Shown here: positions 55,750 to 64,000 of the stretch, piece after piece
Numbering within the stretch: position 1 is the stretch's first letter
Layout of the letters: each line of letters starts with the position of its first letter
Origin: a phage
Assembly (NCBI GenBank): GCA_025812035.1
Contig: GCA_025812035.1_4719.1
Direction: 5' to 3' (one strand)
Length of the DNA stretch: 64,000 bases
Translations under genes and position numbers: made by a program
Notes under the pieces: generated by a model
The model's database searches: none
What the model saw: the letters and a program-made list of their open reading frames with translations, nothing else
Told to the model about the DNA's origin: nothing

Positions 55750-56178
55750 TTATTCATTTTCAATAACTTTAAGATTCGGTGTACCGAGTGTTTTCTTCAC
55801 GAGTGCCTCGGCAACGCGTTTCTCGATGAAATCGGTTGCATTGCTTCCGTCTATCGTACGCATATCACCACGGAAGTTATTGAAGACCATAAACAAGTCG
55901 CAACCATCAATGGGTATCGCAAGGTCGTAGCTGACTTGCGATGCTGTGAAGTGGACACCAACGACAACAGCGGGGACGAATTCAACGGCGGTGTTATCTC
56001 CTTCTTCTCCAGTTCCGAACGGAAGCTCAACACGATCGCCGATAGAAAATTGCGCAACATCACCGATGATACGAGTTAACGCTGCTCGTTGCATGTCGGC
56101 GATGGTTTCCTTATTTGCATCGCATGGTAAATCTAAGACTTCTTCCAGCGTGAGGAATTTACGATCGAACCAACTCAT
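55750..56178 (-). CDS. Hypothetical protein, 142 aa
   Basis: ORF; hairpin ~55726-55744 downstream. Confidence 0.5.
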   Translation of the reverse strand: MSWFDRKFLTLEEVLDLPCDANKETIADMQRAALTRIIGDVAQFSIGDRVELPFGTGEEGDNTAVEFVPAVVVGVHFTASQVSYDLAIPIDGCDLFMVFNNFRGDMRTIDGSNATDFIEKRVAEALVKKTLGTPNLKVIENE

Positions 56179-56179
56179 G

Positions 56180-56719
56180 TTAAGCTCCTTTCTGTTTTGT
56201 TTTGATTGATGATGTTAACCAGGACGATCTTACAGTGAAACCCTCAGACTCATAGAACGCCTGGGCTTCGTCGTTATCAGCACGAACATCCAGACCGATA
56301 GAATGCCCACCGCATCGGTAAGCGATGTTACGTGCTTCATTCATCAAGGCGTGGCCGATACCACGTCCACGGTATTCTGGTTTTACAACAATCGATGTAA
56401 CGTCATGAATGCCCATATGGCTCTCTGTATTCACTTCCAAGAGACCTACTGGTATCGAAGCGACGGCGTCGATCATAACGACCAACTTTGCGGTGTCCGG
56501 TAAACGCTTTTCTAATTCTAAGGCATCGTATTCACGTTTTAAGTCAGGGATATTCTCGAACATAAACGTGGTGGCCCACGCCTCTGATTCTACATCGTCG
56601 AGAATACGATACAGTTCACGAATCTGTTGTTTATGTGGATAAAGGTGTGGGTCAGCGGCCGTTGAGGCGATAACGCAATAGAACGGTCGTTCATTAATAA
56701 CTACTGTTTTGATGCTCAT
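56180..56719 (-). CDS. GNAT-family N-acetyltransferase, 179 aa
   Basis: Motif A VVKPEYRGRGIGHALMNEA and motif B AQAFYESEGF. Confidence 0.75.
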   Translation of the reverse strand: MSIKTVVINERPFYCVIASTAADPHLYPHKQQIRELYRILDDVESEAWATTFMFENIPDLKREYDALELEKRLPDTAKLVVMIDAVASIPVGLLEVNTESHMGIHDVTSIVVKPEYRGRGIGHALMNEARNIAYRCGGHSIGLDVRADNDEAQAFYESEGFTVRSSWLTSSIKTKQKGA

Positions 56720-57222
56720 GCTAAAATTCCCTCATTACCTAACAGTCGATTACAGTGACGTCGGTACATTTGACAAAGTGTTGTGATTTGATAAAGTTTG
56801 TTATAGCGTATCTCGATACGTTTTTGCACCTCTTTCCATGGAAGTTTATCGTATTGTCGGTAACGATGAATTTCATTTAACATACGAAGACGAGTAGGAT
56901 CGGTATTCTTTATTGTCGTGAGCTTCACGCGTTGGTATCCGCGCTGTAGTCCCGATTCCGAATACGTGACACCAAACTCATCCTGAATGATAGTGATGAT
57001 CTCCCGCCATCGGCGCTTCTCACCGTCACGTAAGTGCACAACCCGTGCCAGAATGTCGTTCCGATTACGATGACTCAGTTTAATATTAAGCATCGAAGCG
57101 ATCGCGCTAATTGCTCTCTGACTCCGTCCTAATGCTTCACCGATTTCTTTTGATGTCATGACGCCAGCGTTTCGGCGTATGAATGCGATTTCGGTTGTTG
57201 TGTATTCTTTACCTGCTGCCAT
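56716..57222 (-). CDS. HTH-repeat paralog 6 of 6, 168 aa (putative DNA-binding protein)
   Basis: Two helix-turn-helix-like repeats (TTTEIAFIRRNAGVMTSKEIGEALGRSQRAISAIASML); C-terminal Trp/Tyr-rich region; tandem with five paralogs. Start uncertain (67-nt overlap). Confidence 0.55.
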   Translation of the reverse strand: MAAGKEYTTTEIAFIRRNAGVMTSKEIGEALGRSQRAISAIASMLNIKLSHRNRNDILARVVHLRDGEKRRWREIITIIQDEFGVTYSESGLQRGYQRVKLTTIKNTDPTRLRMLNEIHRYRQYDKLPWKEVQKRIEIRYNKLYQITTLCQMYRRHCNRLLGNEGILA

Positions 57223-57692
57223 TTCTTACCACGTGTGTTATAATAGTAACGCTGACAAAGATGTGTGTGATGATACTCCCGCTTGAACTCAACACTGATG
57301 ATGCGAGCAACTTCTCTCCAGTTAACCCCTTCACGTCGAAGTGCTGTGATGCGGTCTGAAATTTTGCACCATTCGCCAGGATCGTATCGTCGTAGCTTAT
57401 GACGTCGTATCACAGAGGCGACGCTTGCTTTCGAGCGGCCAAGGTGATTCGCCATTTGTTTAACCGAGTATCTGTGGATATTGCTACGGATATAGGAAAG
57501 CTCATCGTCAGTATACGTGGCGTTGGTTCTCGGCGAAGGGAACAACACGTACAACTTATTCTTAATCGCGCTTTCTGTACGTTGAAATACAGTAACCAGA
57601 TCACTAATCGGTGGTCTGGGTATCTGATATGCGTAATTCTCGAGGCGTGTGAGTTCCTCATCTGTCCAGCGACGGTACTTGCGCATGGGCAA
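57156..57692 (-). CDS. HTH-repeat paralog 5 of 6, 178 aa
   Basis: RRWTDEELTRLENYAY...; second repeat YTDDELSYIRSNIHRYSVKQMANHLGRSKASVASVIRRH. Confidence 0.55.
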   Translation of the reverse strand: MPMRKYRRWTDEELTRLENYAYQIPRPPISDLVTVFQRTESAIKNKLYVLFPSPRTNATYTDDELSYIRSNIHRYSVKQMANHLGRSKASVASVIRRHKLRRYDPGEWCKISDRITALRREGVNWREVARIISVEFKREYHHTHLCQRYYYNTRGKKWQQVKNTQQPKSHSYAETLAS

Positions 57693-58161
57693 CTCCTTTG
57701 TTTTTCATGTAGTAGCACCAACGTTGATACAACGCATGTTTATTCGTTGTAATCCCAAATTTAACAACAACGTCGTACGTAATAACATTCCAATTTTGGG
57801 TAACGTTAAGTCGTTCCGCGATAAACGCGATGATCGCTTCCCGTTCTTGCTTGGTTAATGCACGACGAATTCCATTAAGCCGTATAAACTGACGAACTGA
57901 GTCATACGAACGGTTTAAATCGTACGCGATCTCACGCAACGATTTTTGTTTGATTACGGACTTAATATACGCACGTTCTTCTTCCGTATATGGTCGATGC
58001 TTTTGGCGTTGGCGTATTCCCAAACGCCCCAGACACGCGTCGATGCTGGCGTGTGTTCGTCCTGTCCGTTGTGCAATTTCATCAATCGTCAGCGACGTGT
58101 TCAAGTACAGATGTGTAACATCTTTTAACTCATCGTTACGCCACGGCCGAGGTTGTCCCAT
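57658..58161 (-). CDS. HTH-repeat paralog 4 of 6, 167 aa
   Basis: RPWRNDELKDVTHLYLNTSLTIDEIAQRTGRTHASIDACLGRLGI; YTEEERAYIKSV...SLREIAYDLNRSYDSVRQFIRLNGI; C-terminal LYQRW. Confidence 0.6.
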   Translation of the reverse strand: MGQPRPWRNDELKDVTHLYLNTSLTIDEIAQRTGRTHASIDACLGRLGIRQRQKHRPYTEEERAYIKSVIKQKSLREIAYDLNRSYDSVRQFIRLNGIRRALTKQEREAIIAFIAERLNVTQNWNVITYDVVVKFGITTNKHALYQRWCYYMKNKGVAHAQVPSLDR

Positions 58162-58639
58162 CGTGTATCCCTCTTTTCTTTCTATGATGCCACCAACGCT
58201 GATAAACAGCTTGCTTCGTCCGTGTTATGCCAAAATGCGCATTAACCCGTTCAGCAATGTGGTACCAATCCTGCGTTTCTTCTAACAATGCATCAACGAA
58301 GGCTATGAAGATCTTAGTATCATCCTCGCTTAACCGCTTGAAGCCATGGCGGTGTGCTATTGTTCGAATACTGTTTGGATCTCTGTTTAAATCGCGTGCA
58401 AGCTGTTTGTAACTTTTGTGCTTACAGTGTAGCCTGATATGTTCCAATTCATCGACGCTGAAACGTTTATGTGGTTTACGGCGTTCGACGTTTAAGTACC
58501 TCAACCTCGATTCGATTGCACCGTACGTCGTTTCCATGATTTCCGCGATTTCACGGATTTTTAATTTCGGACGACGGTCGTACAATTTCAGCAACTGTTC
58601 GTCGTACTGACGATTCCATCGTCGTATAGGTGGTTTCAC
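58136..58639 (-). CDS. HTH-repeat paralog 3 of 6, 167 aa
   Basis: RRWNRQYDEQLLKLYDRRPKLKIREIAEIMETTYGAIESRLRYL; FSVDELEHIRLHCKHKSYKQLARDLNRDPNSIRTIAHRHGF; C-terminal VYQRWW. Confidence 0.6.
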   Translation of the reverse strand: MKPPIRRWNRQYDEQLLKLYDRRPKLKIREIAEIMETTYGAIESRLRYLNVERRKPHKRFSVDELEHIRLHCKHKSYKQLARDLNRDPNSIRTIAHRHGFKRLSEDDTKIFIAFVDALLEETQDWYHIAERVNAHFGITRTKQAVYQRWWHHRKKRGIHDGTTSAVA

Positions 58640-58652
58640 AACTAAGATTCTC

Positions 58653-59120
58653 CTATTCTACGCGTCTTAATGCCTGAGTGTAGTAAAGAGCATGAACTCC
58701 GCTTAACGTGTAATGGGTGTTAAATTCGTTATTGATGATATTCCGTATTCTCTCCCAGGTTTTCTTCTCTTTTCTAAGAGTGTGTATTCGATGATAAATC
58801 ATCTCTCTACGTTGCGCCTTGCATGCAACGATGCCGTAACGGTAGCAGAGTTTAGCGATCGCGTCCACGCTACGATTGAACATTACGGCGGCTTCTTTTA
58901 CGCTGTGTGTTTTAAGATAATCGGCTAACATTACCCGTTCTTCGAAACAACAATAGCGGTGACGTGACATGAGTTTCCAGCGCTTGCGATTGCGGTTAAT
59001 TCGACCTTGAACCGAACCTTCCGTTCGGCCAAGCCGTACCGCAATCTCTTGCATCGGGATACCGTTTCGATAGAGGGTAATCAACAACGCATCTTCTTCG
59101 GGTGTCCAGTCCTTGACCAT
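58653..59120 (-). CDS. HTH-repeat paralog 2 of 6, 155 aa
   Basis: KDWTPEEDALLITLYRNGIPMQEIAVRLGRTEGSVQGRINR is a Myb/SANT-like pattern; second repeat FEERVMLADYLKTHSVKEAAVMFNRSVDAIAKLCYRYGI. Confidence 0.6.
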   Translation of the reverse strand: MVKDWTPEEDALLITLYRNGIPMQEIAVRLGRTEGSVQGRINRNRKRWKLMSRHRYCCFEERVMLADYLKTHSVKEAAVMFNRSVDAIAKLCYRYGIVACKAQRREMIYHRIHTLRKEKKTWERIRNIINNEFNTHYTLSGVHALYYTQALRRVE

Positions 59121-59132
59121 AATGCCACCCCA

Positions 59133-61820
<2,688 letters not shown>

Positions 61821-61900
61821 AAAATTGTCAAAACGTACATCGGCATAACGCCCGTGCCCGCCCGCAATGGGAGGGACACAGGCAATACGCTTTTATTTCC

Positions 61901-62509
61901 TCAGGACTTCACGACGCATTCGACTTCGTCGTTCATATAGGCTTCGTATAAAGACAGCACTTCCTTCATTTTAATTTCAGGTAACGCAACGGAACGAATC
62001 GCTTTTAGGATATTGCGTGTTTGATGGTGTTTAACCTTCGCCTCGCGTAGTTTACAGAATTGACGGATACAGGTATTAACCTTGCCACCGTCTGCACGTT
62101 CGAGGGCGACATGCAGTTTCAGGTCCAGTAATACTTCCGTGAGTTCCTGGGTGGCAGGATCGTTACGAATAAGCCGCACGGTACGTTCATCCGGGTTCAG
62201 CATCGTGAGAAACTGAAGCTTGACCTGTTCAGGTACGGGTTTCGTGTTCATCATGATGGCGTCAAACTGTTCTTTAACATCCAACTCATTGAACACATAA
62301 CGTTCGATATGTACGACGTGTGCTTTTCCTGATTCACCGTAAACCGCCATCGCGCGATAATCATCAAACAACACGACATACATCAGATCTTGTTCCGGTC
62401 CGATGGTACCATCCATGAGTTTCGGCGCGTGCTTCTTAAAGAAGCCATAGCGAACAGCCTCATCCGGCATGAGCGTCCACGCTTTAACGGGTTGCTTTAC
62501 GAGTTCCAT
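61901..62509 (-). CDS. Hypothetical protein, ~202 aa
   Basis: ORF track 61901..62533; start moved to MELVKQPV after GAGGTG. Confidence 0.55.
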   Translation of the reverse strand: MELVKQPVKAWTLMPDEAVRYGFFKKHAPKLMDGTIGPEQDLMYVVLFDDYRAMAVYGESGKAHVVHIERYVFNELDVKEQFDAIMMNTKPVPEQVKLQFLTMLNPDERTVRLIRNDPATQELTEVLLDLKLHVALERADGGKVNTCIRQFCKLREAKVKHHQTRNILKAIRSVALPEIKMKEVLSLYEAYMNDEVECVVKS

Positions 62510-62804
62510 GTAACACCTCATCAAGATTATCACTTACACCTGGCGGTACTACGATACCGGTGCGAATCACAGCAGCAACTTCCTGCATGCCTTTACCCTT
62601 CAACGCATATGTTTCATGTACCACATTACGTCGAGTCGTTAATCCAACAAATTTACATACCACCATGTTGTTTTCTGAAAGGTAAGCGGTATCAAGTTCA
62701 CCATGCAACAATTCTTTTTCTTTGGTATCGATACCTAATAATGCAATTTGATAAGCCGAAAGTTTCCAATAACGCATGTTATCACCCAAACTGTTAAGAA
62801 GCAT
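62484..62804 (-). CDS. Hypothetical protein, 106 aa
   Basis: ORF overlapping neighbours at both ends; start uncertain. Confidence 0.4.
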   Translation of the reverse strand: MLLNSLGDNMRYWKLSAYQIALLGIDTKEKELLHGELDTAYLSENNMVVCKFVGLTTRRNVVHETYALKGKGMQEVAAVIRTGIVVPPGVSDNLDEVLHGTRKATR

Positions 62805-63210
62805 CCTGTTTAATGTTGATGACTATTTCCGTTCGAACCGGGTTGGTCAGCACAGCTCGCATGCGTTCAAGCATCGCTAAGTTATCCGTAACCACCACAT
62901 CGGCGTAACACAGTGGATGACTTTCGAACGCTTCGGTGTCGCTTACTAACAGAACACCCATCACATTTACGTATTGCGGTATACGACCACGAATGCGCTG
63001 CCACAGGTCATGAGTAAGGTCTTCGCTTTCTAATGCAACCACGACGACAGGACTGATATTTACCGGGAAACGCGGATGTACCGTACGACGAAATGTTATC
63101 CAGTTTTCGATGTGGGATAACGCAAGTTCAAGGGAACAACATTTTGGAGAAATCTGTATGTTTATTTGTTGAATCAATGAAAGGGGGTTTTGTACAGTCG
63201 CTTCAGCCAT
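62794..63210 (-). CDS. Hypothetical protein, 138 aa
   Basis: ORF immediately downstream of the next gene. Confidence 0.5.
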   Translation of the reverse strand: MAEATVQNPLSLIQQINIQISPKCCSLELALSHIENWITFRRTVHPRFPVNISPVVVVALESEDLTHDLWQRIRGRIPQYVNVMGVLLVSDTEAFESHPLCYADVVVTDNLAMLERMRAVLTNPVRTEIVINIKQDAS

Positions 63211-64000
63211 TTACTTTTTCCTGAAAATCAATGTCGGTAAACCGTTCCTTACGGCATAGTACAACACTAAGAGGTTAATCTTACCAGCGGATACCGTAAG
63301 CATCTTACGACGACGTGGTAAACTAACCGGTACGGTCGACGCCATCGTCGCACTGTTCTTAAACGTTTGGGAATAACGTCGCAGCGATGCTTCACCTAAC
63401 AACGGAAGGAAAAGATCCTCGGTAAGAACATCATCGCAGATATACGTGATCGCAAGTAACGATGGATTCCACTCGTTCAGGAACTCGAAAATCTCGTTTG
63501 CGATACCCAACGCATTATTAGGAAGCGGAACCTCACGAACGTATTTCTGATTGCCTTTATCCAACAGGATTCTCGACATACAGTAATCGTGGATAATACC
63601 CGCAACGTCATCGGCTGTTTCTGCTGACTGCATCAACGCTTGTGCTTCTTCCCAGGCCAGTTGACGTTTTGTTTCGTAATAGGTTGGTTTCAATACCGCG
63701 TAGAAATCGTGGATCAAACGACCAACGTCCCCACGAGTTTTTGCTGCCAGCGCGATGGCGTATGCTTTCTTCTCCGCATCCGTTAAGATCTGATTACGCC
63801 AGAGCACATATTCGTCTAACAGCTCGGTGTATTTAGCCGTCCATTCAGAGGAAAGATAATAACCGATACTATCAATCAACTCGTGTGTTAAAACACCCAG
63901 ATTCTCGCGTCGTGGATCGGCCGACGGCTCGTAGACGAAAGGTAGCTTCGGTTTTTCAAAACCACCGGCTACAATGGTATCTGAAAAAGCGTTAGCAAAA
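63211..64000 (-). CDS. Hypothetical protein, 3' part (frame open to the window end; true start probably outside)
   Basis: ORF track 63211..63879 begins at a TTG with no SD; the same minus-strand frame has no stop between 63880 and 64000. Confidence 0.5.
   Translation of the reverse strand, partial: FANAFSDTIVAGGFEKPKLPFVYEPSADPRRENLGVLTHELIDSIGYYLSSEWTAKYTELLDEYVLWRNQILTDAEKKAYAIALAAKTRGDVGRLIHDFYAVLKPTYYETKRQLAWEEAQALMQSAETADDVAGIIHDYCMSRILLDKGNQKYVREVPLPNNALGIANEIFEFLNEWNPSLLAITYICDDVLTEDLFLPLLGEASLRRYSQTFKNSATMASTVPVSLPRRRKMLTVSAGKINLLVLYYAVRNGLPTLIFRKK

Overview
This 64 kb window reads as a densely packed segment of a large virulent tailed phage genome, probably infecting an enterobacterial host (inference from codon style and P2/lambda-type fibre genes). 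About 75 genes are tightly spaced, most on the minus strand, with three plus-strand islands (7.5-11.8 kb, 20.3-22.1 kb, 31.3-34.4 kb). No integrase, transposase, tRNA or CRISPR array was seen. Confidently recognised by motif: an NAD-dependent DNA ligase, a P2 gpH-like tail fibre with ~40-aa fibre repeats and a Gly-rich tip, its Tfa chaperone, a BspA/DUF285 leucine-rich-repeat fibre, a SleB-type endolysin with signal peptide, a GNAT acetyltransferase, a small (S)PPY methyltransferase and a lipoprotein. More tentative: a family-B DNA polymerase exonuclease-domain ORF that stops just after a motif-A-like sequence, a macro-domain protein, and an M48-like HExxH membrane metallopeptidase. Most other ORFs have no recognisable motif. 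The most unusual content is (i) an eight-gene tandem array of diverged small paralogs at 22.2-26.4 kb, (ii) a six-gene tandem array of two-repeat HTH paralogs beside the ligase, (iii) four tandem acidic-N-terminus paralogs sharing a module with two giant proteins, (iv) a family of near-identical GNRA-loop hairpins, and (v) a ~95-bp leader element present twice. All calls are from reading the sequence and ORF track; no searches were run. Gene starts in the ORF track are the most upstream possible start, so several were moved to an internal Met with a Shine-Dalgarno; hairpin and motif coordinates are approximate (about +/-2 nt).
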